A stretch of DNA of 64,000 nt. It comes from Microbotryum violaceum (taxonomy: Eukaryota). The position numbers were made by a program, and so were the translations under genes. The first letter of the stretch is position 1. The number at the start of each line of letters is the position of its first letter. The notes beneath the pieces were generated by a model, which saw only the letters and a list, made by a program, of their open reading frames with translations, was not told the DNA's origin and did not search any database. The stretch is from the NCBI GenBank assembly GCA_001244265.2, contig CDLV01000008.1, positions 620,001 through 684,000 on the forward strand, given 5' to 3'. Shown here piece after piece: positions 38,227 through 50,873 of the stretch.

Positions 38227-39756
38227 GATGCTATAAATGGGAAAGGAGAGAGCGAAGGGAGCAGCAGCACATGGCAGGAGGATGGGACGGCGGGGGTGGC
38301 AAGAGAGGAGCCAGCATTGAGGCAGCATGAAGCGCAGCTGCCCCCCGAAAGTGCTCGTAATGCGGGTCTCGAGAACTCACGTCTGCGAAACTCATGACGA
38401 GGTGATCTTCTCGAGGAACGACAGACATGTTGGCAGCGGCAGGGATGAGAAAAAGGCCAAAAGAGTTTCAAGGAGACCGACTCGAGAAGGTCGACGGTCT
38501 CAAAGCTGATTCGATATATCGGTGCGCGCGGTCGCACTCTTGATTGGCAGCTTCTTATGTCGGCACTAGTATGGCTTGGAATTAGCCGTTTCAAGTCGTG
38601 GGAGGAGGCGAAGATGTCTTTTCGCACGTTCTCGTTCTCGTGAGCCTATTGCAAGAGGTGGATCACCACAGAGAGGGAGGGTGACGGCGTCAAAGAGGCT
38701 GGTGCATCGGGCGAGGTCTTTGCACGTAGGAGGTCAGGGATCTGCATCGAGAAGTCGTCACCAGGAAGCGTCAGCTGGCGCGCGCCCGCGGGGAGAAATG
38801 ACGCTCGACGCAATGATGTGCAACAGACGCTACTGAAACGAGATCCGGATTGGCGCGAGACCGCTGTGGACCAGATCCTTGAAAGCTTTTCAGCGTTCAG
38901 GAACCGGCAAACACGGTTTATACCCATGGCGATGACAGCATGGGATCGGGCGTGATCGGCGGCCGGTCGCGCCGCTGGATTTGGCGGGCCCCCAGTGCCC
39001 CGACCCTGCCACGATCGAGATCAAAAAGCAGTGACATCATTTTGCCGAATCTACCCAATGACGTAATCTCCACCATCGCTCACCCTGAAGATCCAGCAGT
39101 ATCTCGGATCAGAGTATTTAAATTTCCTCTCCAGCTACCCCCTGCCCGGACCAGAGGTCTAGGGATCTAGGACGACCATCATGTTCGACCGACGCAATCC
39201 GCATGGTACTCTTGAGCATTACTTCATCTGTTTGAAACCAAAGAGTCATCGAGCGGCCTCTCCCCGCGAGCGATTACAAATCCAGCCCAGACAGGGGTCG
39301 ACGTCGGACCCGGACGCCGAACGCCGACCGAGGCGGAGGGACCTGGATGTGACCAACCCCTCGAGATTCAGCGGTGGTCGGGGCTGGATCAGGATTGCTG
39401 GCACTAGTACGCGATATCGTGGATGCCACGACCCGAGGTTGCCGCCGCGAGTGGAAAGCTCTCCAGCGCCCTGTGGGGTTCATTAAACGATCTTCCGAAT
39501 TCCTGATCAAAGTCGGCGAGGGCTTCGTCCGGAAAGGACCGAGCCTACCAACGCGAGACCGTGATGACTCTCCTCATCCTACTCCGCTCAGAGACGGTAT
39601 CTCAAGCTCATTCAGTGTGTATAGCTGCATTCGCCTTTCGGCGCGCTCGCCGGCGCGTCAGCTGTCTCCAGTGCCAGCGTCGCCAGCGCACCTGCCAGCA
39701 GCGCATTTCGGCGCACTTCGGCGCACTGCCTGAGACTGTCAGAGACCTCCAGAGAC

Positions 39757-41136
39757 AGGACCCATGAAAGCCCAGCCAGAGGCGCGTAGGTAAAATCCGG
39801 GAAAATCGCCGATTTTGGACCTCATTTGTCCACCATTTTTTTGAAGTTTCGCCCAAAAAAGTCCCCAAAATGTCCAGTCCATCTACGCGCCTCAAAAAAT
39901 AGCTCTAGATTCGCTTCAAATGCTCTAAAACATCTTCAAAAATCACGAAAACGCCGTCCGGACGTTTTTCGCTCGGGCCGAATCGCCGGAGCCCGCGCGC
40001 GCTCTTCAGCCGTTTCGGTTCTGCTTCGCCGAGGGTCCCTCACCTGCACTTGCTGCCTGCCTCTTTGCCTATGATTTAACGTGGTCATGGTATACATGTA
40101 ACGTACCACGAGAGGTAAGATCGATTGCAGTCACTCTGCGAAGCAGTAAGCTAGCTACAGTGAGATCTACGAACCCCCAGGTTCATTGAGGGGGTAATTG
40201 CTCCTCAACGAGCAGTGACGGCATCACCTCCAGAGCTCTAACGAAGGGACGTTGATCTTCGATGACGACACGCGAATAACTTCACCAACTCTTGGCTACT
40301 GAGAACAACTGAACGCATGCGCTCAGCGTGATCTATATGCCGCCAGATTCGACGTCGAAAGGCAGCCGATAATGATAGACTGAAGGCCTTGCCTACGTGC
40401 CGCGAGGATTGCTCCACGATCTTCAACTTGTCCCTCAAAGCATCGAGCAGCCTAGCAAGGGATTCAAACTCGAGAGGCTTGTCTTTCGACCATGAAAGCT
40501 GTTTAAGCTGAATCCGGGTGCATTGGCTGGTTTGTCAAAGCTGGAAGCGAAAAGCTCAGACACCCTCACGTCCAAGAGGGGTGCCATTCGCTCAAAATCA
40601 TCGTCTGAAAGAGATCGATTTCCGGACCTCTACGTTTCGTCAAAGCAAGCCGTGCCGAGAATGTAGGATATTGGCGATGATGGCACAGACGACGTCGACG
40701 CGACGTGGCGGGGAAGGCAAGAGACGCGCGCACTCGAACGTTCGAACGCCTCGTTCAACCAGCCAAGAGGGCATTTTTCATGAAAACGGACGGTTTAAAG
40801 CAAGTCGATCAGAAAAATTGTATTGTAAGAATAAATGTTGGAAGTGCAAAATAACCATCAATTAGAGCCGTTGTTGTGAATTCGGTACAGCCCGGAATGT
40901 TTCACGCGCGCTTCCGGGGCTCTTGAGGGTCGGCAAACTTTGGCTTTCCAAGCCGAACGTGGCCGAAATGGGTCCCGATTTGTCCACTGAAACCTACGAG
41001 CCTAGGACCCCACCCACACCGGCGCACCATGAGTTGTCCATCCCCGACTACGCGCCTTGGCGATTTTGGCCCATCTGAGGCCCAAAATTTGTCCAGTCGG
41101 GCGCTACGCGACTCAGGCCAGGCTTTCGGGGGTCCT
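39757..41136. mobile_element. Non-autonomous TIR DNA transposon, 1380 bp (hAT- or MULE-like)
   Basis: Imperfect ~33-bp TIRs: AGGACCCATGAAAGCCCAGCCAGAGGCGCGTAG versus the reverse complement AGGACCCCCGAAAGCCTGGCCTGAGTCGCGTAG. Flanking direct repeat CCAGAGAC at 39749-39756 and 41137-41144. Recurrent subterminal motifs TTGTCCA, AAAATCGCC and CTACGCG. Confidence 0.7.
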
Positions 41137-41154
41137 CCAGAGACTGCCTGCGTC

Positions 41155-41743
41155 TAAGCTCGACGCCCCTCCCTTTGGAAGGGGCTTGTGAGTTATCGGC
41201 GCGTTTGGCCCAGTTGCCCTCCGAAATTTTGGCCCTGAAAAGTGCCCCCTTGCTGTAGCATGGCATATATTGGTGCTATCTGAAAACTAGAGGGATACAT
41301 CTTTACTCTATCTCTATTGATGAGGCTTCACCGAAGCTTGAAGTCTAGGAACGCTTGATCATCTCGCTACAGCAGCTTGAATCAAGTGATTCCGAACGAG
41401 ACGCAGGTCGGCGCACGGACTAGTCGTAGTCCAGTCCGAGGCTCGCCGATGATGAGAGCGCCAATTACACGATGCGCTCGGACCATCTGAGGCCCGATCG
41501 ACCGAAATCGCAGACTTTGGATCGCTGTAGCTCCACCCACAGCTTATGAAAGCTCTCGCCACTTGGGGTATGTCATTTTTAGAGCATAAAGAAAAATAGA
41601 GTCCCTCACTTTTGCATGAATGTAAGTATTTGCCAAGTTACAGAAAACCACCCCAAAATGGCCCTGAAATTTCGGAGGGCATCTGGGCCAAGCGCGCCGA
41701 TAACTCGTAAGCCCCTCCCAGAGGGAGGGCTTAGTTGAGCTTA
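41155..41743. mobile_element. MITE/non-autonomous Mutator-like element, 589 bp
   Basis: ~75-bp imperfect TIRs (TAAGCTC...GCCCTCCGAAATTT and AAATTTCGGAGGGC...GAGCTTA) and a perfect 9-bp flanking duplication GCCTGCGTC at 41146-41154 and 41744-41752. No transposase ORF. Confidence 0.85.
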
Positions 41744-41906
41744 GCCTGCGTCCTGCGCTAGGCCGCTCTGCTCACGGGCTTCGTCGGTTCGGCTCGTTCC
41801 GCACCCTCCGCCCGATCCATTCGAAACGATGTCGATCAACTTCTCGGCGCTCTTCTCGAACGCGGCTCTGCCGTCGTCCTTCGTGCCTTCTTTGCCCTCG
41901 GGCAGC

Positions 41907-43869
41907 ATGAAATTTTCGGTCCTTGACGGTGAGTTGCGACGCGGTCACCGTGGTGTGTGGTGGGCGCAGCGAGATCCGGATGACGATTAAGCCCGTGAGA
42001 AAAGCGTCTCGTCGTCGAATATCTTGGCTGCCGCACCCTTCCCCACCGCGACGAGCTACACCACCCGTTGGATTCACAGTGAGCTGATCAGGTCTGTTGT
42101 TGTGCTTCCCTAGATGCCAAGGCCAAGGCCTCCAAGATCGAGGAGGTGAGTTGATCGAAGACGCGGAGGAGGATTGGACGGGCGACGGTCGCGCTGGCGA
42201 TTGTGATTCCCGACGACGCCCGACGACGACGCCCCGCCTCGATCGACCTTCGCAACCCAGCCCGGCCGCCCGTCCGCGGCTTTACACTGCCAACAGCATC
42301 GCTGACACACCCCGCATGCTTCATGCTCACAGTCCGCCGAGAACAAGCTCGCCGCTGCCAAGTCGGCCGTTGCTACTGGTGAGTGCACGGCTTCTGATCC
42401 CTTCGCGAGCGGGTTTCCTTTGCCGCCGCGGCCATCGTACACTCGTCGCTGACCGAGCTCCCCCTATGCGATTATACTCTCTACCAACCCCATAGAGGCA
42501 CAGAAGATCTCCGCCAAGGTCGACTCCGGCAAGATCGAGCTCTACTCGGGCAAGTACTACTACACGTGCGCCCTCGGTGGTGCCGTCGCTTGCGGTGCGA
42601 CCCACGCTCTCGTCACTCCTCTCGATTTGGTCAAGTGCCGAAAGCAGGTCAGTGGTTCTCGTCTATGCGCCATGTCAATCCCGAGGCGTCACCGGAAAAT
42701 TGATTGCTCCATCTGCCGTCGTACGCCTCGCGCCGCCCATCCAGGTTGACAAGAACTTGTACAAGTCCAACATGGACGGATGGAGCAAGATCATGAAGAC
42801 CGAAGGCGGCTTCAAGGGTCTCTAGTGAGTCGAAACTCGGTCACGAGATATTGCAGAGAGTGGGGTGGGGTTGTTGACGAGATGGCTTCGCTCCGTATGA
42901 CAGCACCGGTGTCGGCCCCACGTTGCTCGGTTACTCCATGCAAGGTGCCGCCAAGTACGGTTTCTACGAATACTTCAAAAAGACCTACGCCGACATGGCC
43001 GGCCCCGAAAACGCCGTCAAGTACAAGGATGCCATCTACCTTGCCGGTTCCGCCTCGGCCGAGTTCTTCGCCGATATCGCCCTCGTCCCCGTAAGTTTGT
43101 GAAGGCGAAGTACTTCGAATCGACGCGGCATCCTGAAACGTCGACTTACCCTTCTCTCGTCATCGCGCACAGATGGAAACCGTCAAGGTCCGCATGCAAA
43201 CCACTTTCCCTCCCTTCGCCTCGGGCGCCCTCAACGGTGTTAACAAGGTCGTTGCCTCCGAAGGAGCTGGCGCGTGAGTGTCTTCGGGTCGCAGCAGCAG
43301 ATTTCGTGCCCCTCCACCCATTCCAGACTGACTCCCTTGCCTGTCACCAATCTTTGTTGCAGTTTGTTCAAGTCGCTCCCTTCGCTCTGGTCCCGTCAGA
43401 TCCCCTACACGATGATGAAGTTCTGGTCCTTCGAGGGCTTCGTCCAGGCCATCTATGCTCGCATCCCCAAGCCCCGATCGGAATGCACCAAGCTCGAGCA
43501 GCTCGGTGTCTCGGCCGCTGCCGGTTACGCCGCCGGTGTCTTCTGCGCCATCGTCTCTCACCCTGCCGACACCATGGTCTCGAAGCTCAACGCTCCCCTC
43601 GCGCCCGGCGCCGCCAAGCCGACCGTCGGTACCATCTACAAGGACATCGGCTTCCGCAATCTCTGGGGTGGTCTTGGTACTCGTATCATCATGATTGGTA
43701 CCCTCACCGCTCTCCAATGGCTGATCTATGATACCTTCAAGGGTACGTTTTCCTGTGCAACTGGCTCGTTGCGCCCGGATCATTCCTGCTGACCCAATGC
43801 TCTGACTCCCCGCCCGTCATAGTCACCATGGGTCTCCCTACCACAGGTGCCGCCGAGCCCAAGAAGTAA
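41907..43869 (+). CDS. Mitochondrial phosphate carrier (SLC25A3/Pic2/Mir1 family)
   Basis: [66 protein letters not shown] and [21 protein letters not shown]. Short 5' exons join in frame: [23 protein letters not shown]. Confidence 0.93.
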
Positions 43870-44428
43870 ACGAGTCACCTCCGGCGATTATCGAAGTTTT
43901 GATCTTGCTCTTGCGATCTAATACTCCCCAGACCCTAGACGAGTCCGCGGTACAGGTACAATCCTGCCTCCCGCCGCCGCCGCCTCCCCGTCCTCTGTTA
44001 GCGCGGAATCCATCCACTCCATATCTCCCTCCTACATTTCTTGCTCATGTGTCTATTATAACGCCTTGCACCGTGGACATCTGGCTGTTCGTGACGTTGG
44101 TAACCCCGTAAGATTGGACCGCGCTTTGGTCCGCGTTGGCCGGTGGCAGCCCCGCCCCTTGCCAGCTGCAGTCAAGTTGAGCGTACTTGAGCAAAAAATC
44201 ATGAAGTTTCGAGCGAGCAACAGGCGATGTTGCGAGCCTGAATAGTTGGTTCTATTAAGAGGCAGTGTTTCACATCGCACTCGCCTTTCGACTCGCTCGG
44301 CACGCCCGTTGGTCGCCTCAAGGTCGAGCCAGGATACGTGTGCCCCACGAGGCAGCCGCGACGTGCCCCGGGCGCGCCGCCGCCCCACTCTCCCTTATGT
44401 CGCTGCGTCGGCTATCCTTTTCGCCGCA

Positions 44429-47082
44429 ATGCCGACCTTTTCGTCGACGCTGCAGCTACTGTGGTGTGCGGCGAGCTCGCTGCAGTATGGCTTCCACATC
44501 TCCGCGCTCAACTCGTCGCAGGACTCGATCCGTTGTGCCGACCACCGCCCTTGGCTCGGTTTGTGGGGCATGCCGGCGTGCGTCGACATGACCCAGTCCG
44601 CGTTCGGTCTCGTGACCGCGTCGTATACGTTGGGGGGTCTCATCTCGAGTCTCAACGCGAGTCGACTGATCGATAGCCTGGGAAGGAGGAAGACGGCGGT
44701 CGTGGCGGCGTGGTTGATTGTCGCGGTCAGTCGGTGACGCTCAGTCGGTGACGCTCAGTCGGTGACGCTCAGTCGATGACGCTCAGTCGGTGTGGGCTGC
44801 CACGCCGTATCGCTCTCCCGATTCTAATCTTCCGGCGGGTCAGGCAAGGCTGACCTGCCTGTCTTTCGAAATCAGGGTGGATCGCTGATGGCGATCGGAA
44901 GCAGTGTCACCGTGCTCGTATTCGGCCGAATGATTATTGGCCTGTGTGAGCCCCTGTCAGCATGATGCCGTGGGTGCGGTTCACAACGAGGGCGCTGATA
45001 GGGAATCGGCCTGTGAATCTACATGGTGCAGCTTGCGGTATCTCCACCGTTTTGGTGCCCTTGTACATTTCTGAAATCGCGCCGAATCGCGGTGGAACAG
45101 GTTCGCGTCTCTCCACGTGGGGCTCGGAGGTTCGAATTCGGTCTTTCTGAAGGCAGGCCGCGTCGCTTACCAGCGGTGCCGTCAAAATCCCCGCACCTTT
45201 ACTTCTTACAGGTATTCTGACGCAACTCAGTATCTGTGCCGGTATCTTCCTCGCCCAGGCCATCTCGAGTGGGTTAAATTACGGCAGAAATTGCGCTTCC
45301 CCTGACCCAAGAGTGACAACCGGCCCTGACGATCGATCCCCTTGCTTTTCCTTCACACCACCAGTTCCTCTCTCGGAGTCTAGGACCGGTAAATGGCGTC
45401 TGATTGGTCTGGCCTCGGTGGCTATTGCAGCAGCACAGGTAGGAGCAACGGACGAACTCGATGTGGGGGAGGGCAAGGTCCAAATTGACAGGTCGAAATG
45501 ACTACCAGATCGCCACATCATCCATGGTGGTCGAAACAGCCCCGAATCATCAAACCCCGATCTATGATATAGTCGACGACCAGGAAAGAGAGCCGCTTTC
45601 CATGGAAGAATCGTCCAGAGGTCGGTGTGGTCTGCTCGGCTTGAAACGACTCACTGCAGCGGAAGCACGCCGAAAGCTGACGGCGCCGACACCTCTGGAA
45701 GCACAGGTGGTCCAATGAGCAACGGGCATAACTCGGGAGACGAATCATTGACGCTCGTCGAAGTCTATCGAAGCAAGGATACCGTTATCAAGAACTCTTT
45801 CTGGACCCTAGTCCTGTCCCAGTTTTTCCAACAGACGAGGTTCGCTCGTGCTTGGGGAGCAACCGATGGCTTCACCTTGTCTCTGAGTGTTGACCAACTT
45901 GACTTCTTGCTTTCAAACTCACAGTGGGATCAATGCTGTGATGTACTATAGCGTTGGGTGCGTTCCTTTTCTTTCCCCGACCTAGCTCGGGTTGCCCAAA
46001 GCACCGGCCTGCACAGGATAGCTGACCTCGTGCGTGATCCTTGGTCGCTCGCAGAATCCTCACTGCCGTCAGCCCCACCAACGCCAAGGGCGTAGCACTG
46101 TTCGTTACTATAGGTACGAGCAACTCAAGACGCTCGCTCTTGCTTGGATCATGCTGAAAGCCCCGTCGACGATCTGTGCTCGCAGTCAACTTCGCCATGA
46201 CCTTGCCAGCGGGTGAGTTGGCTCCTTGTCGTGCCACTCAGTGACATTTTTAGATAACGAAACGTAATTGCACAAATATATAGTGTACCTGATCGATGTA
46301 AGCCTGCGAAAAGGTCTTCCTCCGCCAACCTTGGGGCTTGTCAGCTGACCCACGATTGGTACTCTAGCGCCTCGGACGAAGGGCATTACTTCTGATCTCG
46401 CTCAGCAGCATGGCGGTTTCCACTGCGGTATTGGCGTTTTCCATCAATCATTCCTTGTTTGGGCTGGCGTCCTTGTGCATCGTCCTATTTGTCGCCACAT
46501 TTTCGATCGGCCTAGGTCCAATTCCTTTCGTCCTCATGGGCGAACTGCCCCCGCCAGAAGTGAGGGGCCGTCCTCAGCTCGAACTGTGTTTTCTTAGACA
46601 CCAAGCGCTTATCAAGCTCCCCATCTACTGAAACCGAATAGGCACGATCCGCAACGGCAAGCGCTGCACTTGTAGGTCACCCTTTTTCTCTAGCAGCACC
46701 CACGGCACACTTCCGGGTCGCTGACGACTTTGCGCCATGCGACCGCCAGGGGACAAATTGGGGGCTTAACTTCATTATCGTGAGCTGTACAAAGCCTGTG
46801 CTCTCCTTTGCAGGAGCTCGCTGTAAGGTGCTCACTTTTAATTATGTCCACTGCGCACAGGGACTTACTTTCCTGCCCCTGAGAGACTTCCTATCTGGCG
46901 GACGGACTTCCGGTTCGGGCACGATTTTCTACTTGTCAGTGCTGCATCAGCGGGCTGGCTGATCTGATCATTTTGCTGACCTTGTTTGTCGTGCTAGTTT
47001 TTCCATCATCTCGGCTGTCGGGTATTTCGTCATGGCCCGACGCTTGAGGGCTACGACTGCGTCGACAGCGACCGCGGTGTGA
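44429..47082 (+). CDS. MFS sugar porter (GLUT-like, Vps73/YBR241C-type), many short exons
   Basis: LQYGFHISALN, IDSLGRR, VLVPLYISEIAPNRG, SQFFQQT..GINAVMYYS and FSIGLGPIPFVLMGEL. Confidence 0.85.
44727..44792 (+). repeat. 14-bp tandem repeat (TCAGTCGGTGACGC) x ~4.7 in intron 1 of the sugar transporter
   Basis: Read directly; one unit carries a G>A change. Confidence 0.9.
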
Positions 47083-47716
47083 TCGATTCGACCTCGAGCC
47101 TGATCCGCGCACAGGGGTTGAGAGTCAGGAATCGGTGGGTTAAACTCTACTCGCTCGGCTCGGGGATTTATTCGTACTGTCGGTACAGTAGGTTTCCAGT
47201 TGGACTGCTGTCACCAATGTATCAATGCATCACTCAGTTCAAAGATTGTGCTCTGGCTCTGCTACCCACAGCGAGCTTCTCCCCATTCTGAAACAAGTGA
47301 TCTGCAGGAGGATCGGCGTGAGTATTTCCGAGTCATGATGAGTGCTTATTAAGCACTAATAGGGGGCGCCGGTACCTCCCCGATTGGAAATTGATTTGCC
47401 AATTTGTGGAGATACGGGGATACAAGGCGGATCAAAGGAGGGTGCCATGCCAATGCCACATGACTAGATAAGCTGTACGCGGCGCATGTCCGTTCCGCTG
47501 CTTTTTCCTATAAGGTCCCGGGCTTACTGCCCGGTGCCCGGTGCCCGATGCCTACGGTGCGACGGTAGCTACAAATGGTGCGCTGATTGATACATTCGGT
47601 GCCGGATGCACGTGGCCGTCTGCCAGCGATGGGAGGCGGCGGCGAAGGTAGCTCTAGTGATTGAGCCGACGGCGATCAGTTGAGACACGAAAAGAAAAGC
47701 TTATTTTTGGCCCGAT

Positions 47717-47772
47717 ATTTTTTTATTTTTTTATTTTTTTATTTTTTATTTTATTTATTATTATTATTTTAT
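47717..47772. repeat. T-rich low-complexity tract, (T)nA and (TTA)n
   Basis: About 55 nt of pure A/T in a GC-rich context. Confidence 0.85.
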
Positions 47773-48302
47773 AGACCGGGGTTGTTTATTATTGATTTGA
47801 ATGTTGGTTCTGCCGGGACGTTTCTAAAAATTCATGAACGCTGAAACCCACCGTAGACGGCGGAGAAGGCGGTAAAGGCAAAGCCCCGGCGGGTACTGCG
47901 CATCGAAGAGAGGAAATTGGCTCCATCTGGCGGAGATATCGCACTGGGGTCCATCTCGAACTTCGGCAGTGCGTCGGCTCCTCCACTCTGGACGTGCAAT
48001 TTGGTCGGAGTTACGTAATGAGCGTCGACGTCACGACGGATGATATCCTAAGTCGTAGAGGAAATCCGCAAGCAAGGTCCGGGCACGTGCGTGGGCTAGC
48101 TATTAGCACTGCTATCACGGAGCGCACATTGGTGTCAGCGGTAATTACGTCGTCACCTCTCCTCTCCTGACCTAACTCGCCTCGAGCCGGCAGTTCACAC
48201 CCGGCTCCCAGCAGGCGTGTCTCGACCTGTCCCTCGGGCCTCGGAGGTTTGGACATCACCCGCTCGAACTCGAAGGGGGGACGAAGGACGACGCAACACG
48301 TC

Positions 48303-50873
48303 ATGACCACCGGGATCATTGGTGCGGTTGCAGGTCGTGCAGCAGTGCAACACGATGGAGACGACGGCACGAGGTGAGTGACTTACCGCAACGCGTTGCT
48401 GCTGGTCGTGCTGCTGCTGGTCGTGCTGCTTTGGTCGTGTGGAGCCGTAGCTCGGGGTGGGGTTATAATCGCGCCTGCCACCGCAGGATCTCGCAAGTCG
48501 TGATCCACCGACCGCAGCCCCAGCTTGGACGCCTGGACGCACACCCGCGATCGCAGCCCCTCTCGCGTGACTCGGCCACAGTTTAGAGACCCGTGTCCAA
48601 ACTGTGGCCAGGGGTCGAACCTTTTCGCCACAAAGATGGTCTTCGTCCTGGCTGGTCTCCACACCGACGGCCAGCTTTCTCCCTCTTGCCTCCAACTTGC
48701 CAGCAGTAACAGCAGCAGCAGCGGCAGCCCGACCCCACTCACTCACGATTTGGTCGGGTCTTAGAGGTGTTCGTTTGAACTGACTGCTAGGTCCGCATTA
48801 CCACTGCTTCCTCTTCTGCTACCGCTCGCGTATTCCCCCAACCTTTGCAGTCACGACAGCAGCATGTACGAGATGGACATGCGACAACAACCTGTGCAGG
48901 CTCGGATGGCAGGCGCAGGTTCGAGGGCCGATCGCAGGCCACTGGATCCACCGCCGATCATTCGGCTTCGCATACGCCAGCCCAAGGCCGATCGTCGCGG
49001 TCGGGAGCGCGCTAGCGCCGCAACCTTCGTCGCAGCCACGACGCCGACAGGAGCGCTCGTCTCAGCGAACGACCCCTGGGCCGCTAGACCGAGGGAATTC
49101 AATCTTCACAGGCCAGGCAAGGGTTTGAATAGAAATGGCGGCGATGACGTCGACGTCGCCGCTGACGGCGACGACGAAGCGGTCACGTATACGTCGCCGT
49201 CGATGACCCACACGCTGTTCTGTTTCGCCTCGCTCGTCGGCGCTGACCACGATAAGGAGCTGTACCAGCTTTCGGGGTCAAGGAGTATGCACGTCACCGG
49301 TTCGGTCGTCTCGTCCCTGTTCCACCTCAAAGACCAGAGCTGTTTCGTCTTTCCCGATCTGAGCGTGCGGACAGAGGGCAAGTTTCGGTTCAAGATGAGC
49401 TTGTTCGAGATCATGGAGTGAGTGAATGGTGGAGTGAGCTCGTTCGGAGCCATCTGATTGAACAGACTGGGCTTTGAAAACGGCTGCAATCGACAGAGAT
49501 GGGGTTCGGTATTGCACCTCCATCTTTACGGATCCATTCCAGGTTTATTCGAGCAAGCGGTTCCCCGGCATGACGAGTGAGTGAATTTTTGGTCTCTGCA
49601 AACGAGGGTACCCAGAATCGAGACTTGTGTGTGTTGGACCAGCTCTGACATCGACGGGCATGACCACTTTCTTCTTGCAGAATCCACCGAGCTATCGAAA
49701 GCATTTGCAGAACAAGGGCTGCGCCTAAGGATCCGTCGCCCAGGGGCTAGCGAGCGTGACGAAGATAATGACGCCGAGGATGAGGACGGCGAAAAGAACG
49801 GGAGGCTGCACAGCCACAGGCAGTCTTACGCGCAGTACTCGTCTCAAAACGGGCAGCTTGGTCAGCGCTCTGGTGGTTATCGACATTCTCTGCCCCATTC
49901 GACCCCTTCGCGCATCACCCCGAGTCCCATCAACGAAGCAAGGCGAAGGCACTCATCCCACAACTCTTGGCCCTCCCCTGACGACCCCAGCCCCCGGTAC
50001 GACAGCCACAGCGTCCCTTACCACAGTCGACCCATCAACACTGCCGTTCCTTTTATCTTCCATCGTTCGGCGCCTCATCAGAGTAACACCCCATCGCCTT
50101 CTTCGGGGTCGGCACGTGGCCACTCTCCGTTCGCCCAGCATCCGGGGACTCCAACCTCTGAACACGCATATGCATCGCATCGAATCGCTCTACCTCCGCA
50201 TTCCTTCCCTTCCGCTCATGTCCAAGCTGCCACTGGCTACCCAGCTCACTATCTCAGCCCTCCTTACGCATTTGGCCGAACGGGACCGGCACCGACAACA
50301 GCGTATGCACCCAATCCGAACGAAAGGTTTGGCCCTCGTCCGCTGCAACAGCCGCAGCCATCCCATCTTTCATCGCAACCGCTGCACAAGCAGCCGCATC
50401 AACAGCAAGGCTATGCACCCGCCTTGCCTTACGATCGTGCGGATCGGATGTTTGTGTCCCCCCCTCTGGCATCGGTCACGTTGCCGCCCCTGCGCGGGCA
50501 TCGCGCCATGATGCAGATTCGCGAGTTATCTGGTACTAGCTCCTCGTCGCCGCTACCTCCGCTGTCAGGTAGGCATACATCGTGGTCAAATGCACCGTCC
50601 AAGACCGCCCGTGACTCGCCTCTGAACGGTGACCTGCGGTCCCCCAAGGCCCGCAAGATCGAGGGCTATTCTGCCGGCGGGGGCGGAGAGCCGCTTCGCC
50701 CGACCGAAGCGGAACGTCGAGATTCCGAACATGAACAGATGCAAGAGGATCAGGCCCGGACCGACCGTCCTGAGCTTGCCCCGATCAAGTCAAATAACCA
50801 TCTGTCGAGACTATTGGGCTCCACTGCAAAAGATGCTAAAGCCGTCGATTCCGATGAACCTCTTTTCGTTTGA
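48303..50873 (+). CDS. Velvet-domain transcriptional regulator
   Basis: RQQPVQARMAG...DRRPLDPPPIIRL, LFCFASL, GSVVSSLFHLKD, FVFPDLSVRTEGKFRFKMSLFEI, FQVYSSKRFPGM and STELSKAFAEQGLRLRIR. The first exon (ATG 48303) joins in frame across intron 48374-48850. Confidence 0.92.

Noticed and set aside
47717..48000. T-rich tract as the poly(A) tail of a minus-strand retroelement
   Set aside because: No target-site duplication, reverse-transcriptase remnant or pol III boxes identified.
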